From assembly GCA_964016885.1 (NCBI GenBank), contig OZ024761.1, positions 3,658,001 through 3,722,000 on the forward strand: DNA of 64,000 nt, given 5' to 3'. The position numbers and the translations under genes are program-made. This stretch comes from Eledone cirrhosa. Lineage: Eukaryota. Shown piece by piece: positions 41,677-53,848 of the stretch. Within the stretch, counting starts at the first letter, position 1. Each line of letters begins with the position of its first letter. The notes under the pieces are model-generated. The model saw nothing but the letters and a program-made list of their open reading frames with translations, searched no databases and had not been told where the DNA came from.

Positions 41677-41854
41677 CACCACCTTCACCACTAATTGATA
41701 TGACAGATGTCTTTAACACATTGATACCAAATATTATTTGGTCAGTAGTTCGTGAGTAAGTATGTGTATATATATATATATATATATATCCAAGGAATAT
41801 TCAACTGATAAGGTATGTTCCTTGGCTATGTCAAAATTTATAAAACACATTTTG

Positions 41855-41916
41855 TATTTTATCTGATGAAAGCGTACCAAAAACTTTGGTACCCTTGAAA
41901 TGTATATAATAGAATA
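41855..41916 (+). ncRNA. Hammerhead ribozyme in solo Penelope pLTR (~41790-42060)
   Basis: tattttat-CTGATGA-aagcgtaccaaa..tttggtaccctt-GAAA-tgtata-TA-atagaata. Confidence 0.7.
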
Positions 41917-42316
41917 AATATGGTTTTATAAATATAGTTTCCATTTTTTATTTAATATCATTGAATATTTACTCCAGAAATCTGTCGAGTGCTCTGAATC
42001 AGTTATAAACATTTATATTTGTTGAATTTCCAACAAATTAAATATCTCTTCTGCTTTTTACAGTTCCAACTGTAAAATATGTAAAACACTGGGTTGTTCT
42101 TGTCACTAGTAATATCATGATCTTTCTGGTTCTGTGAAGCCCAACTTCTCAATATTTGTACCGAGGCAGTTAATATCTCAGAGCTCCAATAATCACAGGT
42201 ATAAATCTGAAAGTATAGTCAGGGTGGTGTATCATATGGACTTTCTTCGGGGCATGTTTAAACCTGACAGAGTCTATCTCTTCCCCAGATCTGAATGGAA
42301 CCTATTACTTCTAGAG

Positions 42317-42658
42317 CAGGGGTGTGCAATATATTCCATTGGCTGGCCACTTTTGAACATTGGAACAACTATTAGGGCCACTCACTGTCCAAAATATGTA
42401 ATCTAATGAAAACCAGTGAATTAAGTCATAAATACATTGTGAATACATTTTTAAACAATAAAGACAAATAAAATATAATTTAGTTTTATTAATGTGAGGC
42501 TTGGTATTTGGTATTGGTCAACTAACAGAAGTATTACGGTTATAAAACAAATTCTAAAAAAGCTTACAAGGTAAAAATTAAAAACGGTCATCGCGGGCCA
42601 ATCTGACTGGTATGGCGGGCCGGATTGTGGCCCGCGGGCCGCCTGTTGCACACCCCTG
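42317..42658. mobile_element. hAT (Charlie-like) MITE
   Basis: 13-bp TIR caggggtgtgcaa/ttgcacacccctg; perfect 8-bp TSD TTCTAGAG (42309-42316 and 42659-42666). Confidence 0.92.
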
Positions 42659-42699
42659 TTCTAGAGCAAGGAAGAAAAAGGAAGAGTGATTGAGTGAAA

Positions 42700-42882
42700 G
42701 TGAGAAAAATTATTTTCCCCCGCCTTTGGCGTTCGAGACGTTTGGTGGAGCTGACAGCGAAGTTCTTGTCATTGCTGGCAGGTGATGCCCATGAGGGTGC
42801 CTGGCTGTTTCAGCGCCTTAGCCTCGCCATCACTTGTGGTAATGTTTCGGGTGTGTTGGTTTGTCTCAAAGTGTTCCGTTAG
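42700..42882 (+). mobile_element. CRE-like (RLE endonuclease) non-LTR retrotransposon 3' fragment
   Basis: GDAHEGAWLFQRLSLAITCGNVSGVL resembles the conserved C-terminal QRLSxAxxRGNA motif of CRE-type elements. Confidence 0.55.
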
Positions 42883-43175
42883 CCCTCATGCTATGAAGTA
42901 GGGCCTTTTGTCACACTTGGTGGTCAACTGATGGTCGTTTGCTTTAATCTTATATATTTCATAAGTATTGTATAGATTATTTGTGTCTATTTTCATTCTG
43001 TAAGAATTATAAATAATTTGTAATATTATTTATACATTCCAAGAAGAATCGATCCCAGTCCTGGACTGCTATTTTTTATCGACCTCGGAAGCATGAAAGG
43101 CGAAGTTGACTTCTGCAGGATTTGAACTCAGAGTAATTCTCATATAGCTACGTTCCGCTCCGCCATACAACAATA

Positions 43176-43324
43176 CTAGACCACCTGTGACCTGTTGGGT
43201 CACGTTCATTTAAAAAAAAATTTTTTAAATCATGTTCACTTAAAAATAATTTTTAAATAATTAAAATATATACAGACATGTATATAATGTGAAATGAAAT
43301 GTTCAATCTACTCCCTCACCCCCT

Positions 43325-43360
<36 letters not shown>

Positions 43361-43542
43361 GGTACCCAGAAAAACCCTGTATCTCGGGAACCCGTGCTCC
43401 GATTTACACGAAACTTGTTTTGTTCCATTTGTATTCCCATTTCAGAGGCAACTTCCTTTCAAAGTATTTTCCCATTATATGCCGTTTTGGCTGTATTACA
43501 TTACAGACAAGACACAATCACAGAGTTTTAGTAGTATATAGA
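43176..43542 (-). mobile_element. Non-autonomous Helitron (3' part also at 6172-6300 +)
   Basis: Minus strand: A|TCtatatactactaaaac ... gtgacccaacaggtcac hairpin-aggtggtCTAG|T. Confidence 0.8.
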
Positions 43543-44032
43543 TAGATATAAGCTAGCTCAATAATCGCTGATATGAAAAAGTTTTCCCTCTTCACCGAAA
43601 GCCGGATGTGAAATGTAAAACATCTCGTATCATAACGTAGAAGTCCAACGATTGTAGGTGATGAAAATTGCATAATTAATAGGCAGTTGTTCTATAAATA
43701 TAATTTATATTGAACAACTAGACATACCCAGCAATTGATTATATATTATAGCACTCACATATGCATATACCTACTTACACACTCACACACACATATACTA
43801 CTTACACACTCACACACACATATACGTACTTACACACACACATACACACATATATATACGTACTTACACACACACACATGTATGTTATCATCATTACTGT
43901 TTAACGTCCATTTTCCAGGCTAGCATGGATTAGATGTGTTGTCCTGTTGTGAGACAAGTCAGATCAGGTGACCGTGTCTTGCTCATACAGAACTGTTTAG
44001 AACTGTTTCTGGCACACACACACACACATATA

Positions 44033-45109
44033 TGTAACGAAGGGTATTAGTAGTGGTTGTTAGATGAAATAACAAGAATACCTGATTTACTTTATATATC
44101 TATATCCAAAATTAAGATAAATCAAATGAATTTAATCTAAATCAAAATTATGGGTGTCATGCCAGAAAGACATGCGCCATATCACCCGCAAAATAAGCTC
44201 TAAGATTCTAACGAGAAATTGATTAACATATAAGCTCTAAGATTCTAACTAGAAATTGCAAAATAAGCTCTAAGATTCTAACTAGAAATTGATTAACATA
44301 TAAATAAACATGAATAATCACAGGAGATAATTTTTACAAGTGTGTAACCACACATAGCTAGGTAGGTAACTAAATAAAGTTGACCAGAACTTCAAAAATA
44401 GATACCTTATAATATGATTAATCTTCCCTGTATATATTCCATTAAAGAAATATATTTCACCAATTAATCGAATGGTAAACCATGGAAGCGGATACCGTGG
44501 TTTACCATTCGATTAATTGGTGAAATATATTTCTTTAATGGAATATATACAGGGAAGATTAATCATATTATAAGGTATCTATTTTTGAAGTTCTGGTCAA
44601 CTTTATTTAGTTACCTACCTAGCTATGTGTGGTTACACACTTGTAAAAATTATCTCCTGTGATTATTCATGTTTATTTATATGTTAATCAATTTCTAGTT
44701 ATTATGATTTTCTTTATATATGAAAAGGTTAACTTCACTTCAGTCAAAAAGAACAACAAACAAGTTACCACGAGTCGCAAATGTTGACGATGTTATTTTG
44801 TTGTTGGTTCATGAGGTTGGTGTAATCTGAGACCAGAAGAGAGAGAGAGTAATGGTCTGTGGTTGTCTGTAGACCTCAGCGGCCTGTAGTAGGCGGTGAA
44901 TCTTTCACATAGCTTGTCTATAGCGTACTGCTCCGATCTCTCTGTGTGGTAGACGTGGGATGATACAGGCTTTTTATACCTGTCGCTTTCTGTCTCCCAC
45001 CTCGAGGGATCGCCCACACATGAACCCGTCCACGCCGAAAAGGATGGTGACCTAGAATTTAACTTTTAGGTGTCACCCAGGGTTCAAGGTGTGGACAGAT
45101 TTTGCTACA
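44033..45109 (-). mobile_element. Possible solo LTR inserted in (TA)n, containing a large palindrome
   Basis: TGTAAC...GCTACA termini; TATA-like ggtataaaaagcc on the minus strand near 44970. Confidence 0.4.
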
Positions 45110-45119
45110 TATATATATA

Positions 45120-45826
45120 TTGTACAAATAAGAAATGTGTTATATGTAGAATGAAGAACCCTCAAATAAATTGTAAAACTAGAAATGTAGTCTATAGCAT
45201 AGTACAGAGGGTACTTGCAGAAACATGACAACAACATATATAGGTGAGACACCTCGGAGCATAGGAGAAAGAATAGACCAACACTTGGGGGAACTAAAAG
45301 GACAAATAAAAAACAAACCGGTTCAGTACTATATGAAAACGTCAGACAAAGACATGACGGTAATATAGACAACATAGAAATTAAAATAATATCTAAGCAT
45401 AAAAATGACTCAACAAGTAGGCAAATCAGAGAAGCAAGTGAAATAGAACTTAGAAGATCAAAGTTGAACAGAAAGAACGAATGGAATAACAACAACAACA
45501 ACCATACCCAAACAAACAATAATGATTTAAGGAAAATGTGAATAAATAAATAAATAAATAAATATATAGACAAGTACAATAATAACAAACACACATAAAC
45601 ACACACTAGTGAACAAAGGTAGAATACAAACACACATAGACTCAAACATGAGCACACACACCAAACAGAAAACACACACGCAAATACATGCGCAAACGGA
45701 GACAAGAATAAATAAATAAATAAATAAATAAAATATAAATGGCGTAGACATTACAATACAACGGGAGGAAACATAATAGTGCCACTGATAATGTCACAGG
45801 TGTGTGACGAAAGAACTTTGATAGAC
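45120..45826 (+). mobile_element. Degenerate Penelope 3' end (GIY-YIG remnant + pLTR)
   Basis: NCKTRNVVYSI..YIG-like remnant resembling 26160-26740; degenerate HHR ctgataa-tgtcacaggtgtgtgac-gaaagaactttg at ~45783-45820. Confidence 0.65.
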
Positions 45827-46144
45827 TATATATATATATACATGTATATCGCTATTTTTAACCGTTGGTCAATCAATGATAAACATTGATTGCCGGATAA
45901 ATTAATTATGGAGATATAAAAGATACAGAAGCGAAAACCAACCCAAACCAAACAGTGAGTGTGCTCTATTATTATATCTGACAATATTATTACAATATGA
46001 CCCTCCCCAAATATGTGTAACCTTATTCTGTAAATTTTCAGCACAGAATGAATAAAATTTAACTGGGTGATGTCTAAAAACATCTGACTGATAAAATGAC
46101 AAGTCAGTCAATCATATTGGTGGCCTCCCCACAGCACCAAATAT

Positions 46145-46206
<62 letters not shown>

Positions 46207-46260
46207 CGTTTCTGAATTTGTTTAGCAAGATTCTTTATCTGAAAACGTGTGTTGAAACCG

Positions 46261-46717
46261 ATATTGTTATACTTTGGGAGGGTCATGTTGCCAATAAGAA
46301 ACACACGCACCAGTTGCTTTCACTTCAATTTATTATAATAAATTTATAAATTTCCGGTTGATTGGTTGGTTGGTTCCACAACCAGATGGTTGTTTATATA
46401 TTGTCAAAGTTCTTTCGTCACACATTCTGTGACCTCTTCAGTGCCTCTCCTTTGTTTTGTCCTACGCCATCAAGATGGCGTAGGACAGAACAAAGGAGAG
46501 GCACAAAAAACAAAGAAAAGAACCCCCAGTCACTGAAGAGGTCACAGAATGTGTGACGAAAGAACTTTGACAATATATAAACAACCATCTGGTTGTGGAA
46601 CCAACCAACCAACCGGAAATTTATAAATTCCTAAATTTATAAATTTATTATAATAAATTGAGGTGAAAGCAACTGGTGCGTGTATTTCTTATTGGCAACA
46701 TGACCCTCCCAAAGTAT

Positions 46718-46725
<8 letters not shown>
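46261..46725. mobile_element. Foldback element made of two inverted Penelope pseudo-LTRs
   Basis: Arms begin atattgttatactttgggagggtc... and end ...gaccctcccaaagtataacaatat. HHR cores at 46403-46443 (-) and 46529-46571 (+). Confidence 0.85.
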
Positions 46726-46760
<35 letters not shown>

Positions 46761-46994
46761 ATGATATTAAATAAATGGAAACTATAATTATAAAACCATA
46801 TTTATTTTATTATATATATTTCATCAGATAAAATACAAAATATTATATTATAAACGAATTTTAAATAACTAATAATCGTAAATACACGTACTATTAAGAT
46901 ATATACTTAGAATATATTTCCACTATCCAGTTGAATTTCCAACCGATAAGGTATGATTTTCATGGGTATGTCTCTATTTATAAAACAAACTTTG

Positions 46995-47058
46995 TATTTT
47001 ATCTGATGAAAGCGTACCAATGTTGTCTTGGTACCCTTGAAATATATATAATAAAATA
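46995..47058 (+). ncRNA. Minimal type I hammerhead ribozyme in Penelope 5' pLTR
   Basis: tattttat-CTGATGA-aagcgtaccaa..ttggtaccctt-GAAA-tatata-TA-ataaaata. Confidence 0.8.
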
Positions 47059-47269
47059 AATATGGTTTTATAAATATAGTTTCCATTTATTATCATTGAA
47101 TATTTAATATCATTGAATATTTACTCCAGTAAACTGTTGAGTGCCCTAAATCAGTTATAAACATTTATATTTGTCGGACTTCCAACAAATTAAATACCCC
47201 TTCTACTTATAAATAACTCCTTTAATGTTGAGCACTTTAAATTATAACTGATTGCTAAATAATGGAATT

Positions 47270-49455
47270 CTTTAGGATTTCTTCTTCTCTAAAAGATGTA
47301 CCTTTACCTAAGAATAAGGACTATCTTAAACAACTCATTGAGAAATCTGACTCCTTTATACAAAAACTTAGATGGCGTGCCTTCCATTTCGATAGAAAAT
47401 CAGATGAAAAAACAAATAAATAAATCCAGTTACAACTTCGATATGATCTTCAAATCCAAGAAAAATCCACCTAACAACAAACTATTAATGGAATTTGAAA
47501 ATGAAATAATATCGATTATACAAAACATCAAATTCAAGAAAAAACAATTTGTAGGCCAGGACTACCTTAAAGGCCTCAAGAATAATATAGACAATCTTGA
47601 ATAAACTGAGAAAATCCTCGTAAAATCTGACAAAACTAACAATCTATACAGAATGGAAAAGGACGAATACAATGACCTTATATTGAAAAAACTAAGGAAA
47701 GACTACAAAATAACAACTAATGAAGATCTTGAAATGGTAAATAGAGAAGCTTCTGAAATAATTCATAAATTAGGCATCGAAAATAGGACCGAAAATTAAC
47801 CTGGAAGACCAGAAAAGAAACTTTGAAATAGAACTACCAGTTAGACTTATAGCACCATCTAAATCAGACTTAGGCATAGCCAGTAAACATATATTAGATA
47901 GAATCATACCGCAACTTAAAGAAATATCTTACCTAAAACTATGGAACGGTACTAACGAGGTTATAGATTGGTTCAATAACATAAAATTTAAACATAACAA
48001 AATATTCATTCAATTGGATATTGCAAACTACTACTCCTCTATTACTCCTCGTTTACTAAATAAAGCTCTTATCTATGCATCTAAACATAAAATTTATCTA
48101 GTGAAGAAATGCATATCATTTTAACTGCACGGAAAACTTTAATTGAATTCAACAATCATCTCTGGACTAGAGCCGATAGAAGAAAAAAAATGTTGATATC
48201 ACCATGGGATCATCTGACTCGGCGCAAATAACGGATCTTGTGGGGCTATTTATTAATAATACACTGCATAGAAAAATACCAAAGATGACCGGTGGTTTAT
48301 ATCGTGATGATATGCTGCTTTTAATTGAAAATCATAGTAATTGTGAAATTAATAGGAAAAGAAAATCCATAATACAATTCTTCAATAACTACAACCTTAA
48401 GTTAGAAATAGAGAATAACTATAAAATTGTTAACTTTTTAGACGTAACATTAAACCTATCCATTCCATAAAATTAATGAGAATCTAAACTATGTAAGTTT
48501 TAACTCTAATCATCCTAGATCTATCAAGAACACTATTGTAAATTCTGTCCAACAACGTATTTCACGCATCTCCGCTAATAAAAACATTTTTGACGATAAG
48601 GCAGAATATTATAATGAAGCTTTAAATAGAGCAGGGTATATAAATAAGATTAAATACATCGACAACAGTAATAAGGCAAATAACCCTACTATTAATTATA
48701 ATTATAATAAAAAATTTAACTTAAACTCTAAAACGAACAGAAGAAATATAACTAGAAGTATTATTTGGTACTCACCCTCATTCTCATTAAGCGTAAAAAC
48801 ACCTTTAGCAAAGCTTTTCTTTAAAGCACTAGATAAATGTTTTCCCACAGATACCACTCAATCTTTAACAGACATACTATAAAACTATCCTACTCTACTA
48901 CTATGAACATAGCACAAAATATAAATATAAATAGAATTAATAATAGAAATTTAAACCCTAACCAAAATAGCAGTAATATCTCTAGCAATATCCAACATAA
49001 TAGTACCGTTCTGAATAACAACAACTCCGCAAAATGTAACTGTAGAATTAAATCAAACTGTCCTTTACAAAATAAGTGTTTAGATAAAAACGTGGTCTAT
49101 AAATGTACAGTTAAAACCAGTGATAATATATTTAACTATGTCGGTGCAACTTCTACAGAATTTAAAAGTCGCTGGAATAACCACAAATGCTCTTTCCGAA
49201 GATTTGATAAAAAATCTTCAACTTCTCTTTCAAACCTGATATGGAACTTAAAATGCAAGAATATGGACTATTCATTAGCTTGGGAAACAGTTTCATAAGC
49301 ACCCGCGTACTGAAACACAGCTTTATCTAGATTCTGCAAATTATGTGTTGAGGAAATTTTTTTCATACTTAAATGTAAGAACTCTATTAATTTAAGAACG
49401 AATTTATTTAATTCTTGTAGACATCGCCAGAATTCAACATTCCGAACTATATATA
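47270..49455 (+). pseudogene. Penelope-like RT/GIY-YIG ORF with multiple stops and frameshifts
   Basis: ORF fragments 47296-47604, 48204-48470 (YRDD) and 48837-49298 (GIY-YIG). Confidence 0.88.
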
Positions 49456-50445
49456 ATTATAATTATTTCTACTTATTTCCATAACAATCTTATCCACTTG
49501 GTTTTAATATATTGATATCTCTAAATCATAATATCTATAACATTTGCTATAATTCCACTTCTTAAAGTTTCATAAATATATACGTATATAATTCTAATTT
49601 TTATTTTATTTTAATTTAATTAAAAACATTTTTAATTCTTTATTTTTATTTCTTTAAATTTTATTTCTTTAAAAATTACTTATCTCTTATAAATTATTAT
49701 TTTTAAAAAATTTTCTCAAATTTTTCAATATTTTTTCAATATTTTTCAATAGATTTATAACCACTAACTGATTCTGGCTAAATGTGTTTTTTCAATAGAT
49801 TTATAACCACTAATTGATTCTGGCTAAATGTATCTTTCAACATCTATACTTATTTTGACTAAATAGTCTCACACTAACGAATAAATAAATTAAACCGGAG
49901 TTTTTCCGTATCTTCCTATTTTAAAACATAAATATTCTTATTAACTCAGTTAATTTAATTTATTTTAACTTAATATTTATTTACATTAAATACAAAACCA
50001 ATATCCCTCATAACTCATTAGAACAATTATCTATAACATGACATAACCATCTATTTATTTATTTATGTATTTATTTATTCATTTATCTACTTATAACAGA
50101 AAATAGTATATTATAAACGAATTTTAAACAACTAATAATCGTAAATACCCGTACTATTAAGATATATACTTAGAATATATTTCCCCCAAATTAACGTTAT
50201 ACGAGTTTTATTAATCTTCTCTTGTTTCTTTCTTCTCTCTCGCACTATTTTATCCTTCTCCTCTTATCTCTTCTCTCTCTCCATAGTCGTTTAAATAAAC
50301 GGTTGTTTTTCAATTATTTACATATTCATTTGCATATTCACACATAAGTTTGAAAAATTCATAATATATTTGCACTATCCAGTGAATTTCCAACCGATAA
50401 GGTATGATTTTCATGGGTATGTCTCTATTTATAAAACAAACTTTG

Positions 50446-50509
50446 TATTTTATCTGATGAAAGCGTACCAATGTTGTCTTGGTACCCTTGAAATATATAT
50501 AATAAAATA
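50446..50509 (+). ncRNA. Minimal type I hammerhead ribozyme in Penelope 3' pLTR
   Basis: Same sequence as 46995-47058. Confidence 0.8.
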
Positions 50510-50641
50510 AATATGGTTTTATAAATATAGTTTCCATATTTAATATCATTGAATATTTACTCCAGTAACTTGTTGAGTGCTCTAAATCAGTTATAAACAT
50601 TTATATTTGTCGGACTTCCAACAAATTAAATACCCCTTCTA

Positions 50642-50685
<44 letters not shown>

Positions 50686-50766
50686 GAAGCCGTAGCTATG
50701 CAAACACCGGGGGGGGGGCTAACGCCCTCTGGTGATGTCCAGCAGAAGCAAGGGGGGACGGGACAA

Positions 50767-50808
50767 CCATCTATGCATTTCAGGCTGAACTGGCCTTCGT
50801 CAGGACGA
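50767..50808 (-). ncRNA. Hammerhead ribozyme in a GC-rich island
   Basis: Minus strand: tcgtc-CTGACGA-aggc cagttca gcct-GAAA-tgca-TA-gatgg. Confidence 0.72.
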
Positions 50809-51201
50809 TCCCGCCGACCGCTTGCGACTGCTGGACTAGAAGACAGCCGAGAATATATAGTTTTCTCGTCTTTGTAAATGAAGTGATTAATCTCCCATAA
50901 CCATATATATTCTGAAACTACATTGCCCAGGGTACTTGGATAAGTATATTTCATTTAAATCAAATGGTTCCCCGGGGGCACAAACCCCCGCAGAAAATCT
51001 TTTCCCTTCGATTTATATGAAATTTAAACCATATGTAAATGACAAGATATGATGCCTGTTCACAAAATTTCAGCAAACTTCAATAATATTAAGACACCCT
51101 AATGGAGTTTTTCTCCATAAATTATATCATTGATTTAAAATCAATCATCATTTTCTTACAAAAATGTGTGAAACATAGCAAGGCGCGGGTAATTCGGCTA
51201 G

Positions 51202-51240
<39 letters not shown>

Positions 51241-51460
51241 ATCTATAATATCATCCATGATATTATCTCGAATTGAACATGTAAATTTGTAAATCTTTAT
51301 TTACATTTTTGGGGGATGTTTTGTTCTTTTGTCCCTCCCGCCCAATATATAAATTAGGAATTTTCTCTCACTGTTCTTGTAGTAGACTCAACAACAAATA
51401 AAAAAAACCGCTCCGTAAGTCTATGAATGAAAAGTATAAATATAAATATATATATGTATA

Positions 51461-51829
51461 CAATTGTCCCCCGGTATTCGCGGGGGTTAAGTTCCTAGAG
51501 CACCCACGAAGAGCGAAAAACCGCGAATATTGGACGCGGTTCATAAAATTGCCTATAAACGTCAAAATATAACGTAAAATATAATAAAAAAATGAGGGAG
51601 CGTCTTATCTGAACGGGCGTCCAATAGACCGGCAAATACGGTATATTGTTATTAATAATTTAGCGTTAGAAAGCGCGAAAAAATATATATTGCCATGAAA
51701 AAGCCATAAAAAATCGCGGAAGATATTTACGATTCCGCGAATATGCGGTGGTTTCCACGAACAATTATTAGTTAGGTCCTGAGGAAAATTCCGTGAATAA
51801 CCAGGATCGTGAATGCTGGGGGTACACTA
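51461..51829. mobile_element. Tc1/mariner(pogo)-like MITE, degenerate
   Basis: TA-flanked imperfect TIRs caattgtcccccggtattcgcg / cgtgaatgctgggggtacacta. Confidence 0.5.
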
Positions 51830-52059
51830 TATATATATATTGTTATTTTAAAAAGTGGCTTTTGCAATACGTATTCTGGTTAAATTAGTAATGTTTACCA
51901 TTCCAGTCTCCCCGCTCCCAGGTAAACATACAAAACAGGACAGGTAAGTATGTGTGTTGTTAATTAAACCAGAGGATATATGTTCAAAACATATGACGCA
52001 ATTTCTCTATCTAGTTTATAAACCCGTTTTCTTGTGTCTGTGTGATGGGTTAGAGCAGG

Positions 52060-52149
<90 letters not shown>

Positions 52150-52566
52150 GGAAAAAATGAAACGAAATTTCATTTGTCACTCTTAGTACGGCTATTACTT
52201 AAATATAAGTATGTACACGTACATACATATATGTATACAGACGTACAGTAGTATGTATATATATATACATACATGCACACATATATATATGTACGTATGG
52301 ATTCACCGAACATTTATTATAATGCTCGGTGTGTTTGTAAACAAACATCCCGTATTAAGCCGTAGTGTCTAGCAACCATCGTTGCTCGTTTGTTCAACAC
52401 TAACAAACGAGCAACGATGGTTGCTAGACACTACGGATGTTTGTTTACAAACACACCGAGCATTATAATAAATGTTCGGTGAATCCATACGTACATATAT
52501 ATATGTGTGCATGTATGTATATATATATACACACTACTGTACGTCTGTATACATATATGTAAGCAC

Positions 52567-52597
<31 letters not shown>

Positions 52598-52788
52598 ATG
52601 TAGGAGGTGAGTTTTATTGTAGCACAATAAAGCAATGCAAATATCGGATAAGTAGCACTCTACAGTTTGTAGGACTGGAGTATAAATAATATAAGATCAA
52701 AAGATGAGCAGTGAAGTTTTAAATCAACATATATATGTTGATTTAAAACTGCTCACAAGTGTTTTTTAAGCTTCATATCATATCTCCC

Positions 52789-52859
52789 TATTTTATCTGA
52801 TGAGAACGCAGATATCATCCCATGATGATATTTGTTTTTGAAATGCGCATAATAAAATA
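52789..52859 (+). ncRNA. Hammerhead ribozyme (related family, different stems II and III)
   Basis: tattttat-CTGATGA-gaacgcagatatcatc ccat gatgatatttgttttt-GAAA-tgcgca-TA-ataaaata. Confidence 0.78.
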
Positions 52860-52888
52860 CTTGAACTATTTTAACCATCTTTTGATCT

Positions 52889-52982
<94 letters not shown>

Positions 52983-52999
52983 ATATATATATATATATA

Positions 53000-53772
53000 T
53001 ATATAATATAATAAATAACAAAGAACGCCTATAGCATATGCATATCTTTACTTGCTAACATTGTTTCATCCGCACTATAAGTGGGACTCATCAGAGCATA
53101 AAGGTTAATTACATACCATACAAGCAATAACAAATCCAAGACATTGAAGAATGAAAAATAATAATAGACGATAAAGGATATTAAGGAAGTAAAAGTAAAA
53201 ATAAAAATAGGAATAAAAATAAAAATAAAAATAAAAATAAAAATAAAAATAAGATAATAAAATAAACAATGAAAAATAAGGGGTGCTATCAGTCACAGTT
53301 GGGCGGGGTGCTGTCAACATATAGTTACATACAAGCATACACATGGATAAGAGAACAGACAAGAGTAGATAAGATAGATAGGATTAGGTAAGAGTAGGTA
53401 AAAAATAGGTGAAAAACAGACTTATAATATATATAAGAAAATATAAAGAAATACATAACAAACTTACATATAAAATATAAAATATACAGATAATAGTGAT
53501 ACAGGGTAAGGAATGAGATAAAATAATATAAAATTAAAATTAAAATTATATAAAATAGAACATAATATAATATAATCATAAAATAAGATAAAATAAGATA
53601 AAATAAGGTAAACTAAAATAAAATAAAATAGACTAAATTAAAATAATATAATATAAGATATAATTATATGATATATAAGATATAATTAAATGTAATTAAA
53701 TAAAATAAATGAATAAATAAATAAATAAAATTAAATAAATAAATAAAATTAAAATTAAAATTAAAATTAAAT

Positions 53773-53804
<32 letters not shown>

Positions 53805-53805
53805 G

Positions 53806-53848
<43 letters not shown>

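Larger units (their letters stand above)
46760..50645 (+). mobile_element. Second Penelope-like element flanked by direct pseudo-LTRs, decayed ORF
   Basis: Direct repeats ~46845-47209 and ~50107-50645, each with an HHR. Internal motifs VKSDKTNNLY, LDIANYY, MGSSDSAQITDLVGL, GGLYRDD, VNFLDVTL, CNCRIKSNCPL and VVYKC...NYVGAT. A short inverted piece lies at 46760-46840. Confidence 0.9.

Noticed and set aside
46800-46840. HHR on the minus strand at the left edge of the Penelope element
   Set aside because: Stem II is deleted (CTGATGAAATATA fused), so it cannot fold.
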